Below, in pieces: positions 26,371-39,303 of a stretch of 64,000 nucleotides of DNA (within the stretch, counting starts at the first letter, position 1; each line of letters begins with the position of its first letter). A model generated the notes under the pieces. The model searched no databases. It had not been told where the DNA came from and saw only the letters and a program-made list of their open reading frames with translations. Source of the stretch: Thalia democratica (Eukaryota). The stretch is taken from contig OZ241827.1 in assembly GCA_965202585.1 (NCBI GenBank), positions 66,464,001 through 66,528,000 of the forward strand, in the 5' to 3' direction. Position numbers and translations under genes: made by a program.

Positions 26371-26571
26371 AAACTTTAAAATATGTTTAAGTAAATCATG
26401 AGATCAAAGGGACAAAAAAAGGAAAAAAAATATAATTAAACTAATATGAAATATCAATTCTTACCATTAGTCATATTTTAAGTTTTCTGGAATTAATAGC
26501 ATCTGTTTCTATTCTTTTTAACGTAAAACTATGAATAGGGGAGTTAATTAAAAACTTACAAGACAATACTT

Positions 26572-26902
26572 CAGGGTTGCTAAAGATTTTTTGTTTTTTA
26601 ACTTTTTTGATCTATATTTTGTATAAAATTAAGCTTAAGTTAAAAAAAACTGTCCTAAACAGTATAACTAAATTGAAAAGATACAATTAAGCTATTTTAA
26701 ATGAGACTATTCATGAACTACTTTTAAAGAAAATAACTATTGTTCAAGTTATATTTTTAGAAGCTTAAAAAATTTCATTACTTAACATGTAAAAATAGTT
26801 TAAAATTTCAGGTTTCTTTCAAAATTTCTGAAATTCAAGTTTTTCCAGCTTTTTCAGTCTAAAATTTTAAATTCCAAGATTATAGGTTTTTTGGCAACCC
26901 TG
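26572..26902. mobile_element. MITE family 1
   Basis: CAGGGTTGCTAAA ... TTGGCAACCCTG; flanks share TACTT. Confidence 0.8.
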
Positions 26903-27703
26903 TACTTTACTAAAATGTATTCTGAATTTTAGATGTTTATGACATATTTTCTGAAGTAAAAAAATAGGGAAAATAGAAATTTTAATTATTAAAGCTTTTG
27001 ATGAAAGACTATAGTTGAATATAAGTGATCATAAATATAATGAAATGGTGTTTTTACTCAATTTTTTGTTTGCTTGATGTTATTAGTGCAATCAGCTAAA
27101 AGTTAGTATATTAATTTCAAATACTTAAAGGCATGGTATCTATGTTTTTATACTAACATTTTTAAACTTGGAGTGGTTCTATAGTAATACTTAGATGTAA
27201 TCAAACAAAAAGTTAAAATTTAGAGAAATTAACTACATTAAATGGTTAAAATTATATCTAACAAATATAATTATAAGACTGCTTTAGAATTTAGTTATGT
27301 AATTAATTTGAGTTACTGACTAAATTAAACAGAAGAAATCATAAAAATATTTACTTAAGAAAAACTACTCCAGCTTATTAAAGCCATTTAGAGACTACAT
27401 AACAATTTTAGAGGTTGATCTTATTTTAAAGAAATATCTAGGATATTTAACCTTTTTATCACTATAAATCAATTATGAAATATAAGTGTATTAAGTTGGA
27501 GAGCTCAATGGGTTTGAGATGACCATATAAAAAAAAATTAACTATTACTTTTATCTTCCTTTGAAGTTTTTGATTACCTTTTTTTAAACTTTTTCAGTTA
27601 ATATTAATTTGATGGTCAAAAGTTCTTTATGTAAATTGTTACAATAGGATTTTTCTTATAATGAAAGGAACATTTCTTAAAAATTTGAGGTTTAACTAGT
27701 TAA

Positions 27704-28394
27704 GGCCATAGGGGGGGTCCAACATTTTTTTTTACAAAAATTAACTTAGGCTTTTATATGAAAGCTTTAAGTACAAACTACAAACCAGTTTTTATAGAAT
27801 TCAAAAATATCATTTAACTTTTGAAATATTTAATTTTTTGTAAAAATTTTTCAATATAAACGTATGGACCGCAAATTTTTTGGGGTCAATTTTCTCGGAA
27901 ATTTTAAAACGCACTAAAAACCTATCTCCTCCTTCATTTTTTGACCTAGAGACTTCAAATTTTCAGGAAATGTTCCTTTTAATATTTTGAAGAATCCTAA
28001 TGTTGGAATTTTTGAAATTTTGAAAAATAAAAATTTTATCCACAAAAAACTAAAAAAAAGGGTAGTTTTTTGACAATAATTTTTTTTTTACTCAAAATGA
28101 AAAAAATTCCTACAATAGATCTCTTTAAAGTTTAATGATACACATTCTGTAAAAATTTGAGAAAGATTACTCAAAAAATGAAGGAGGAGATAGATTTTTA
28201 GTGAAATAGTCTTTTTTTGCATTTTTAGTTTTCGCCTTCCACAAGGAACCTATTGAATGCCCTTTCTTTGATTGCTTATATCTCAAAAGTTACTTTGAGT
28301 TTTTTTAAGAGGTTAAAAGTGTCTGATAGCTCAGATTCTACAAAATAAGATCAAGTTGTAAAAAACAAAGTGGACCCCCCCCCCCCCTATGGCC
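27704..28394. mobile_element. Kolobok-like MITE, young copy nested in an older family member
   Basis: Complete TIRs and TTAA TSD. The flanks (about 27400-27700 and 28395-28560) resemble family-2 internal sequence. Confidence 0.9.
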
Positions 28395-28950
28395 TTAAGA
28401 ATTGAATAAGATAGCTTTTTAGTAAGTTTTAAAAATTCAAAACAATTAGCAATGATATTTTTTTTTTTTAATTACTTTGTTTCATAAGTTTATAAAAAAA
28501 TTATGTTTTAAAAAATAATTTTTAGTATACAACTTACTCTTTAAAAATAAGATCCAATGATTATTATATTTTAAATAAAAATTTTAGACTTTTTAACTGA
28601 AGCAGTAGGTACTAATAGAGGAGTCAAGTAACTTGTAAAAATTGACTCATATATGAAAAATTAGAGTGTGAAGTATAAGTCAGTTTCAACATAATAGAAT
28701 AATTTTATTTTGCTTTTGAACAGTTAAAATTTTGTAAAATGAATTTTGTATCCACATTTTCAGTATCAGTTACCAAAACCTAACCTGAGTTACATCAACT
28801 TTTTAGCTAAGTTTAAAGACAAATTGAACAATAATCTGCCAATTTTTTTAAATACTAAAAATTAAGCTTGTATACCTTAAGGTACTAAAATAACAGAAGT
28901 TGAAAAAAATTATAAAAATCTCAAGCCATAAAAACCAGACTAGATACTTA

Positions 28951-29319
28951 CATGGTTGCCAAATGTTTTTAACAAATTTTCTCCAGGTTTTCTAAATTTC
29001 CTCCAGTTTTTTAAATGTACACATTATTGGATCTATTTGGAGAAGTTAATTAAGGTAAGAAAGTGTTAATAGTATAAAAACGTTGAAAAGATAATGTTTA
29101 GCTACTTCACATGTGTTTTTTGTTAAAAAAAAAATTGATGATGGCAAATAGATTGTCCATAGGATAGATTTTTGTGTCAAATTGAAATTTTACTACTTAA
29201 CATGTAAAAATTTTTAAAAACTCAGTTTTTTTTTCAAAATTTTTAAAATTCAAAGTTTTTCCAGGATTTTAAAGCCTGAATTGTCAAATACCAGGTTTTC
29301 AGCTTTTTTGGCAACTCAG
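28951..29319. mobile_element. MITE family 1
   Basis: CATGGTTGCCAAA ... TTGGCAACTCAG; flanks TACTTA/TATTTA. Confidence 0.8.
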
Positions 29320-30751
29320 TATTTAGGAAAAAATATTTCAACTTACTGGAGTTTTAGAAGTGAAAAATTATTTAAGTCAGAATCTGTCTGACATTTAAAA
29401 AAAATTAAAGTAGTCTGAATTATTTTGTGAGTATTATGACAAACCTGTGCACTATCAGGGTTGAGAAAGGTTTTATGTAATTTTATTCCAGGTTTTCAAA
29501 AATTAAGTAGTTTGTTGGTAAATTTTTAGTACAAAATTAAACTCAAGGTAAAAAAAATCTGAAATAGTATAAAAACATAGAAAAAATGCTGTAAATCTGC
29601 TTCATGTGTATTTTTAAATGAATAAAATTGAATAAAGATATTTTGTTCAAAATTCTAGGTTTATTTTTTCAAAATTTCTTAAATTCCAGTATTTTCTAAA
29701 ACTCCTGGGTTTTTGTGTTTTTTTTTTTCTTTCATCATAAGCTTATTTGAAGATGGGTCAAGTTAAAAACATGAACAGTAATTTTCAGTCAATTTCTACA
29801 ATATGTAATATTATCATTTTTATACTATGTAAATTCATTCAAGTCTACTAATAAGAAACATACCTGAGAGCAACTTATTTGGGAGTGGGGTATTTTTTTC
29901 CTAAATTTATTTTAATTAAAATTAAGCCTTTGTTTTAAATTGGTATACTTAATCAATCTAATTAGTAAACTTTAAATTTTTTATTTTCTTTTATTTGGCG
30001 ATTAATATATTTACAAAATTAAGATGTTACTAAAGTACTTGGGGATAGTACTTTGCAAAAGCCATCTAATGTGCTAATTGTTAAAAAAATACATAAAAAT
30101 ACTATAAGAATCTTTTTATAGAATCTATCTTAAATTTTTGGACATGTTACATAAATAACAAAAATATTCACTGAGGTTGTCATTAGTATCAACAAATCAT
30201 TTTCAGTTCAAGAAACAAGTTTAATAATATTTCATTAATTCTAATATAACTAAAACATAACTAACTATTGTTAATGCTTAGTATTTAAATATAAACGCTA
30301 ACACCTATGGTAAATGGATGAGTGTGCAGAAAGACCTTTTGTTCATCAAGCTACACACCATTTGCTTGTAAACACTGTCCAATTAAAAATGCTCAAAAAC
30401 TGAACTGTTTAAATTTAATTAATAAAAACAACACTTTGTTAACAATTAATTTGAACAAAGACAATAAAATAAACCTTGCTTGATACTAATAGTATAAACT
30501 TTACATAAGCATTTATTTATTTTTCAAACATAATCCTATACTTTTATCACAAAGTTATTTATACTTATTTTTTTAAGGAACTTGATATCAGATTTCTAGA
30601 GTTTTTTTAAATACTTAGCTCTTAATCTTATATGTTCACTTATATAAGTTATTATTTCACTAGAAAAAGTTATTCATGTTTTCACAAATTTATGATAATG
30701 ACATTTGAATGAAAAACAATTTAATAGAAAAGTTAAAATGATATTATTATA

Positions 30752-31110
30752 CAGGGTTGCCACTGACTTTTGGGAAATTTTCTCCAGGTTTACAAATTTT
30801 TTTCCAGGTTTTAAAAAGTACTTGTTTTTGGGTCTATTTTTAGTTTAAACTTAATTTTTAGGAAAAAAACTGAGTTAAAAAGTATAAAATGTTGAAAAGA
30901 TACTGTAGAGCTACTTCAAATGTTTTTTCAATAAAAAAATGTTTTATGATGACAGAAAACTTTTATTTATATGGTAGATTTTTGTGTCAAATCAAAATTT
31001 TTCTACTTAACATGAAAAAATTGTTTAAAATTCCAGTTTTTTCTAGGTTTTTTTACTTAACTTGTCAAATTCCAGGTTTTTCCAAATTTCCAGGAAAAGT
31101 GGCAACCCTG
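30752..31110. mobile_element. MITE family 1, well-preserved copy
   Basis: CAGGGTTGCCACT ... AGTGGCAACCCTG; flanks TATTATA/TACTATA. Confidence 0.9.
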
Positions 31111-34100
31111 TACTATAGTAAAGTTTTAACCCTAGTAGTTTTTAAGCACCCTTAAACAGCTTAAAATCAAGCTATTGGTCAAAATTGGTTACAAAATAAA
31201 AACTTGAACTGGATGAACTAAATCTCATTTAAGATGTGGAAAAAATTGGCATGAGATATTTAAATTGAAATATAATTATCTGGAGTTTTATACAATAAAA
31301 ACAAACTAGCCTGAATTATCTTAAGATGTGAAAAACAATCAAAAAAATCTGGATCTATAATGAGTACAGAGACATTTTGAGTATGTGGTAAAACTAATAA
31401 ATAAAAAGATGACAAGTTGAAAGCTAGTCAGAAATTTTTTTTTTTTAAATGTTGTGCTGGAAAATTTGTAGGGGTATAATGTAATAAAACAAATTATTTA
31501 CATGAAAATGTAAATTTAACAACAACACTAATTATATAGTGGTAGTCTGCAATAATAAAAAAAATAAATATCTAATGAAAATAACAAATTATTAATTTAG
31601 TTGGAATTTGCTTAAAACTAATTAAAAAAAAAAATTATAAAAGGTTAAATTAATTGGAATCTGCTAAAATATGATCAAAAATTTAAAGTGGAATGTATGA
31701 GTGAAACCCTTTTATATTTAAAACATGCAAAATTAATATGGTATAGTTAAGCTTTAACACTATTAAAGTAAAATAATTTTTTAAGTTGAAAACATCATTA
31801 ATTACTTTGACTTAAAAATTTCAAAGTTAAGTAAATTTGTGTATAGGTATTGATAGATATTTTTCTACCTTAAAAATTTCTACCTTTAAAAAAATTACTT
31901 TTAATTGTATAGTAAAACTGCCTTTTGAACCTAAAAAGCCTTAAATTTCATAACAATTCAAATTCTATAATTTTAAACAGCCTAAATATTGAACATGCAG
32001 AGGCTTAACAATTAGTATCTTGTATTTATCAAGTAAAAATTTCCAAAATGCAAAATGAACATAAAAAAAAAACATACTACTTTTTTTGAATGAATTATGA
32101 ACAATAACTTCTTAAAACTGGTAAATAACTTCAAAGCAAAATTTTAATGATCACGTCAATCAAAGCAATTTAAAAATAAAAATTTATAAAATATAATATA
32201 TACTTGACAGCTGTGCAGTAGTGTTTTAAATGCTCTAAAATAATATGTGTAGTAAATAAAATAGAAAACCTTTAACAAATTGAATTTTAAGCTTTTAGAT
32301 TTACAAAAACCACACCATTTAAATTTATCAAAATAACCTGCTTCCATATGAGTGATCAACATGGAAATACATCCAAGAAAACACTGTTTAAAATCTGCAT
32401 TCTTTAGAAAACTTATCACCCTCCTGTTGGAAACTAAGGCTGTTTCTCTAGAATAGTCTCAAAACAGCCATATTTACAACCATTTTGTAAATTGTCCATT
32501 TTAGTAATTGCTTTGCAGGAGCAATATTTACTTACAGTTTCAACAATGTAGTCAAAGAATAAAAAAGATCAACTTAAGTTACAATTTAAACCAAAAAAGA
32601 GAGTTTCAACAACAAAATATTTCTAAACACTGAATGAAATTTTAAGATAAATTGTTATGCTTGAACAACTTTTGGCTGCATGCTGGTAGAAATATAGCAA
32701 CTGTGTTTTTGCTAACAATCACAAATACATTTACTTTTTACCAATTACCTTTCTTAAAAAATATTATGCTTCTTTTTTGCAACTTTTTTATAATTTGTTG
32801 AATTTCATATATTAGACTTAGTTTTAACAGTTTCTCCGCTACATTAAATTTAAAGAAACGAATATTTTTGTTGAAAATATAATTAAAAAAAACTTTTTAG
32901 GATGTGAAAACCTTTTTTTCATTTTGAACCAGAACTAGCGCAGAACCTTTTTTGGAATCAAAAATATTCGGAATATATTATTTTTTCTTGGTTCCATGTG
33001 CATCTTAACTTATGTTTTAACATTTTATTGTAATAAACTGACTGAAAAACTGTTCTGTCAAGCAGAACAAAGAAACATATACATCAGTAAAAACTTCATG
33101 TTTCTTTAATATCCATATATGAAAAATGATATTAACTTAACAACTTTCCACAGAGCCCACTTGAAGAGCTTTAAAACAGTTAATAAAATTTGATTTTAAA
33201 AGGTTAGAACATAATAACAATAAAATTTATCTTTATTTGTACTGTACTGTATTTAACAATATGTCATACTGTTTAGTCTTTGTATAACATTTGTATCATT
33301 GTATAGCAACAGTTAATTCATTTCAAACTTACAGCTGATAATTAAGAAAAATTTTATTAGTTTTATGAAACGTATGTAATGTATTTTTTAGATTTTAGTT
33401 TTCTTAGTTTTATATGTACTTTTTTTTAACTGTATAATAAACAACAGTTTTATAAAGCTGTTTCGGTTTTAAGATTTTTCTATCTTATCTCATATATTCC
33501 TCAGTAAAGCTAAATTTTTTAAACATGTTTTACAGAAATTTAAGATTTAGAAATTTTGTGAATATTATGACGTGGTAATATAATAATGAAGGTTTTTGTA
33601 CAGTAAGCTAAGTTTGAAAAATACGCTAACTTTAGTTTTGTTACTGGTTTAAGAAATGGTGCATTTGAATAAAGTTGAAAAATTATTTAAACTGCTCGGG
33701 TGCGAGGCTTAATTTTACTTTAATTAATATTTAATTAGGTTTAATTTTGCTAAAAAATATTTTTGGTAATGAATGCATACATTTTGTTTTTCGCTTTTCT
33801 TCTTTAGTGTTATGGTCTTGTCTGATTTATTAAATTAGATTTTTTCCAAGTTGCAAAGTCTGCAGCCGTAATTAGTATTAGATTTAGATTTAATTTTAAT
33901 TTAATTCTATAGTCTGTGTTGTTATTATTTTAAATTTAAAATATAGTTTGCCAATATATAAAGTCAATAGCAGATGGTAATAAATCTGTTTGTAGGCTGT
34001 GCTCAAAAGAATCAACGGCCGTTGTGTATGTATTGAAAAAAGAAGGTTGATAGATAAGAGGAGTGAACTTACTTCGTCTTGTCGACATATAAAAAAGCTC

Positions 34101-34899
34101 CTTTTAAAATACAATAAATTTTAAAAAATTTCATAGTCACTTAATTTTAGTTTGTTGTGAATTTTAGTTGTTTTTTCGAAAGGGTTAATTATTGCACTTA
34201 ATACTTGTATTGTACAATTTTTTAGTTACGTTGTAGTTTTTTTTTTTTGTTTTTTTTATAACTTTTGTATCATTGTTTAATAAGGTGCTATTTATTTCAA
34301 ACCGTACTAGCTGAAATTAAGGCATACAGCTTTATGAAACATATGTTCTGTATTTTTTTTATCGACTTCTCTAAGTAAATTATATACAAATATATGTATA
34401 TATTTTTATAGATACTATTTATGTTATCAAAATTTTATTAAAATAATACTTATGTTTCATGCAGCTTTTGACAATAACTTAATTTTTTTTTTTGAGTTTT
34501 TAAAAAACTATTTAATAGCCGTACACGCGGGCCAAGCAAAAACTGATTTAGTTATTTAAATCTTGTTCGATTTTATATTTAACAAACTAAATAACAACTC
34601 TAAAAGTTGAACTAACATTTAAATTTCTTACAGTTTATGAAGCTGTATTTACATGTTTTATAACATATACACTTTAAAGTGGTGGACGCTTATTGAAAAA
34701 CTCCACAGTTCGACAGAAGTATCAACCGGTTTTGCATGGGCGAACTAAAAACAAAAGAACAAAAATAAAATTTTCCCACTAAAATCATCATTTTTATATG
34801 CTAGATTTAACAAGTTGCTTTAATTATGTTTGTTAACCTGCCTGAGATCAGTTTGTATCTGGGAACTATTTAGATGTAGAGTAGTGTACTAGAACTACA

Positions 34900-35057
34900 C
34901 TAGAACCTTTACTTGAAACTTACACTGGATAGACTTGATGATGATGAGCAATAAAAAAGATTTTAGGTTTTTTATGGTAGTTTTTTGAGTAATCTTGTTG
35001 GAGGGGGCCATTTTATTTTTTATAGGGGACCTTTTAAAAATAGTTTGGGAAACCCTG
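34900..35057. mobile_element. Partial hAT-like MITE, family 3
   Basis: Ends TTTGGGAAACCCTG; internal similarity to 7207-7421. Confidence 0.65.
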
Positions 35058-36049
35058 CCCTAAACTAAACACCGAAACTTTCATTGTGGCTTCTACTTGA
35101 ATAGCAAACAACGAAGTACCGGTAAAACTTTAAGTTCAAACTTTCTCTTTTTAAAACAAGTTTTAGATAACTTTTTAAAGATTTTTTTAAACTTATGTAA
35201 GATTTTTTGCTTTTAACAGTTACTAAATTAGCTTTTGCTGGTATATTAATAAACTCACTATGACTAAAAAATAATATAAAATTCTAACTACCCTTCAAAT
35301 ATTTACTCTTAAACTATTTTCTTTTGTTATGTTCTGAAGTTATGACAAATTGTCTGGAAGTAGTATAAAACAAACTGTCGGTTAACTTTTTAAGATAGTA
35401 CACAGTATTTTAAATTGTTTAATAAACATTTAAAAAACTCTTTCTTGCTGTTACAGCTAAATTAAAGTAATGATTCATTGAATAATTAATAATAAAATAA
35501 CCAAAAAATAGTAACAAACATAATTCATAATGTATAGATTTAAACAAAAAAGTCTTAAAACTAAAAGTTAGAAACTTGCAACTAAGAGGTTTGTAGATAA
35601 ATTAAAAAATAAATAGTATTATTTATAAACAACAAAGACATAAAATTATTGTTTAACTTCAAACTCTCGTTGAAAGGAACTCAAAGCTTTAATCTTTTTG
35701 TTTAGTATGTAGAAAATAACCTTTCAATTGCTTGTTTAATACAAGCTTTTAAAAAAATTGAAAAGATGATGTTAATGTAAGACAGAAATATATAAAATTT
35801 CTGACACTTTATTCAAAATTATACTTATTTTTCAGATTGTTTGTGAAACTCTGTTTTAAAAGTAAAGCGAATAAGTTTATTAACATTAAATTGAATTTAT
35901 AACACTTATAATTTTCTACTTAATGTAAATTATAAAATATTTTTATAGACAATTTTAATGCAAAAACCTTTTGTGTAAAACGAACAACTTGTTAAGTACA
36001 TTTAGTTTATTTTCAAAAGTATCCAAGTGGCTTTTATTCATAATTTTAC

Positions 36050-36660
36050 AGCAAACAATTTCGCATAAAACTTTTTCAAAAGAACGCAGAAGGAAACAAA
36101 ACAAGGGATTTTATATGGGATTTTCACAAACACGATAAAAGTTGCAGCATCAAAAATTTTTAATCGGAAAAAACGAGGTTCCGCATGCACGAAGTCGCGA
36201 AAGCTCAAAAACAGAACCGACAAACGGAAAAGCCTTGAAGACGCCGAGCGCCAAAAGAAGCGCAGGAACTGGCAAGTTTGCGCGGGAACGATCGGATTCT
36301 GATCAGAAAACTTTTTCAGCACCTCGCACAAGGCCGCTGACGCTTTGCAACACAAGCCGCGCTGCAGGTGAACGCATTTGTGAGAACTGTGATACGAAGG
36401 ACCACCGTCGCCCCAACGGTGTATGAACTCGGAAGTTTTTGAACTCGGTTCCGTCGGAGAGCCACCGCAGGACCACCGTCGATCCACTTGAACAGCATTA
36501 GAGAGTCCTTGACCTTCGGTTCCGTCGGAAAAGACGAAGGCTTGTTGGTGTCCGAGGCGTCTTGGTCCATTTCAGGCACTCTCAGAAAGGTTTCGTCAGC
36601 GGATAGCTATGCGCCGCGACAGCTGTTTTTTTTTGTGCATTTTCTCTGCATAATAAATGT
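36050..36660. other. GC/CpG-rich island of unresolved nature containing a 71-bp tandem duplication
   Basis: Sharply GC-rich versus its surroundings. AGGACCACCGTC...TCGGTTCCGTCGG occurs at 36398 and 36469. Short ORFs overlap on both strands, none recognisable. Confidence 0.6.
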
Positions 36661-38176
36661 TTGTGAACGTCGTTTTTTTCATTTTGGTTCTGTGATTTAG
36701 TTTCAGTGTTATAATTTTATATAATATATATATTTTGTTGTCGTTGTTATAGTTTTAAGTTGTTATTATTTTGTTGTCTGTATAAGTTATATGGTAGTTT
36801 AATTTCAAAACTATACTTTTATTGTTTATGTTATATTAAAGACTGCATTTGAATACTATGCATAAATGCTTTATACTTATAAAGATTTGATGCTAATTTT
36901 TATTTAATTATAATACCTTTTTTACTGTTTGCTAATAAGTAGTGTAAGTAGAAAGCGTAACTTAATAAATTAGTAAAAAATGATTTTAATATTCAAATGT
37001 TAAAAATTTGTGTGTATGTTATATTTAGAATTTATTTAATTTTATTATATGTTAACTTTTAAAATATCCAACTAACTACTGCACTTAGTATATTTTATAC
37101 AAGAAAACGTTGTAATAGAGTTATAGAAAAAATATTATATAGTTGCTTAATGTATTGCTTAAATTATGTGCCGTAATTAAATTGTACTTAGAAATCTATT
37201 TAATTATTCTCTATAAAAAATTCTATACACTATTTTATCAAAAATGAAACTTTTATATTCAACACATACCTCAAATCATATTTTCCGAAATTAGAAACTA
37301 AATAATAACAAATAAAAACGTAATTATGTTCGTTATTTCTAATTAAAAACCTATAAATCGATGACCGAAATATTCTTCGTGCACCAGGTTCTAGGACCAA
37401 ATATTTTTAGCGCTTTTTTGTCGTTAAATAAACAATATATACATAACAAAACTAAGAAACATTGTTTTTGACTAGTTAATTTCAGGTTCACAAAATATTA
37501 TAAAAACGTACAAATTAACCTAAAGATATTATACTTAAAGTCAACTTGGAAAGTAAGGTAAGTAGGTATCGTATTATAACTGTAGGTGTTTAGGAAAATA
37601 CTGTACAAAATTAAGCAATTACAGTTGTAAAATAAAAACTTATGATACTGATAAGAACCAGTTTATATGTTTTTATTTGCAAAAAAAGTCAAGGATATTT
37701 TATTTTAAACTTCTAAACTTTAATACTGTTTTACGCTACTTACAACATTTAAATTATTTCAATCTAGTGCAAACTTTAAAGTTACCTGATTAAAAAAATT
37801 CTCTTTAACTTAAAAAAAAAAATGTAAGGTCTAATACAATTTAAATAATCAATGAATTTATAATTCTTTTAGGGATAATTTATAAAATACTTTAAATCAA
37901 TATTGTTGAAATGTAATTTTAATTGCTAGAAACTAAGGTTTCCCGAAATGGACAAAATTGCCCCTTTAGGAATGATTTTAGCTATCGGAGGCGTTTATTA
38001 GCAGGGTGGCGAAAAAGTATATGGAAAAATAACTAGTAGAGAGGCAATACTTAGTAAATGGGGGCGATTACTTATAAAATTTCAGCCAAAATTGCGCTAA
38101 TGAAAATAAGTTCTTGTAATCCAGCTGTAAAACAATATTTTAATTTTTTAACATACAGGTTTAATCATACCTATTC

Positions 38177-38248
38177 GATCATCAGACCACATGCCTTCGG
38201 TAGAACCAAGCCTACCTCAGTCTACCGAAGGCTTGTGGTCTGATGATC
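38177..38248. other. 72-nt hairpin (28-bp stem, 1 mismatch, 16-nt loop)
   Basis: GATCATCAGACCACATGCCTTCGGTAGA / TCTACCGAAGGCTTGTGGTCTGATGATC. Confidence 0.9.
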
Positions 38249-39040
38249 TATTTGGTTTGATCAAACCTTTTGTAAACTTGAGCTTGTCTCACAGCTTACT
38301 AAAGTCCAGGCTTAGGCTCTGTAGACTTTTGCCGATGTTTTCTTTAAATTTTTAAGTAATCTAATTATGTATACAAACCGTAGTATTGTAACTATTTCTT
38401 TTCATGTATAGTTCTTTAACTATCTAAAGACCTTAAGTATACTTTTCAAGTATTGTATAAGTTTTTAGCTTTATAAAAAAACATTTAGATAAATATACTA
38501 AAACCATTTAAAAACTCAATTACCAATGTTTAGGGACTAAGCTAATTTTATTTTTAACATAGTTAGTTCAATTACAATGTTACTCAAAAACACAAAGCAA
38601 TAAAAATTTTTATATAGTGTTTCATTTTAACAAAAAGGACATTTATAAATTTCAAAATTAAGGTGCTTTACTTTTGTAGTCATTGTTGAGTTTAAAAGGG
38701 TAATATAAATCTTTAGATGTGTAACAACGACATATAATCGTTTGAAAATAAGTAAGTAAATATTTGATAACAGTTTTTAGTAAAACTTAAAAAGTACATG
38801 AAGTTCTTAGACATAAATAATCCATAATTTAACATTTTAACCATAATTGCTACATCTTTTTCAAAATTTTCCTTCTGATAGCCGGTATTCAAACCAACAG
38901 CTGGTTCACTAATGTTAATATAATTCTTTTGTTTTAAGATAATACTTAAAATATTTCAGAAGAGTATATAACAATGTATTTTAAATAACTTTTTTTTTAC
39001 AGTGGATAAATACTAAATATTTCGACATAAGTATATAATA

Positions 39041-39303
39041 CAGGTTTGCTACTGATTTTTTCTTCCAGTTACATGTATGTGGCCTATTTTTAGTTGAAAA
39101 TTAAGTTTAAAGTGAAAATATTGAAAAGATACTTGCTTTTTTATTAAAAAGTTTTGATGATGACAAAATATTTTGGTCTATATGATAAATTAGTTGTGTC
39201 AGGTTGAAATTTCACTAGTTCCAGGTTGTTTTTTTTTTCAAAATTTCTCAAGTTCCAGGTTTTAAAGCTAAATTGTCAAATTCCAGGTTTTGTGGCAACC
39301 CTG
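39041..39303. mobile_element. MITE family 1
   Basis: CAGGTTTGCTAC ... GTGGCAACCCTG; flanks ATAATA/ATCATA. Confidence 0.8.

Noticed and set aside
12400-36000. Copine exons around RBM12
   Set aside because: No C2 or vWA (DFTxSNG) motifs were found by eye; not excluded without tBLASTn.
33135-36140. Plus-strand micro-exon chain (AHLKSFKT / AVLKRINGRC / WWTLIEKLHSSTE)
   Set aside because: No recognisable protein results; such short AG-GT frames are expected by chance.
36398-36530. CRISPR-like repeat-spacer reading of the 71-bp modules
   Set aside because: Only two units, and no cas context.
36560-36605. CTGACGA...GAAA on the minus strand as a hammerhead ribozyme core (also CTGATGA near 38240)
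   Set aside because: Stem II cannot pair properly, and the second case lacks GAAA.
36185-36700. Long plus-strand frame interrupted only by TGA (recoding, selenocysteine or NUMT idea)
   Set aside because: Three TGAs in about 150 GC-rich codons is within chance; no SECIS or mitochondrial similarity was recognised.
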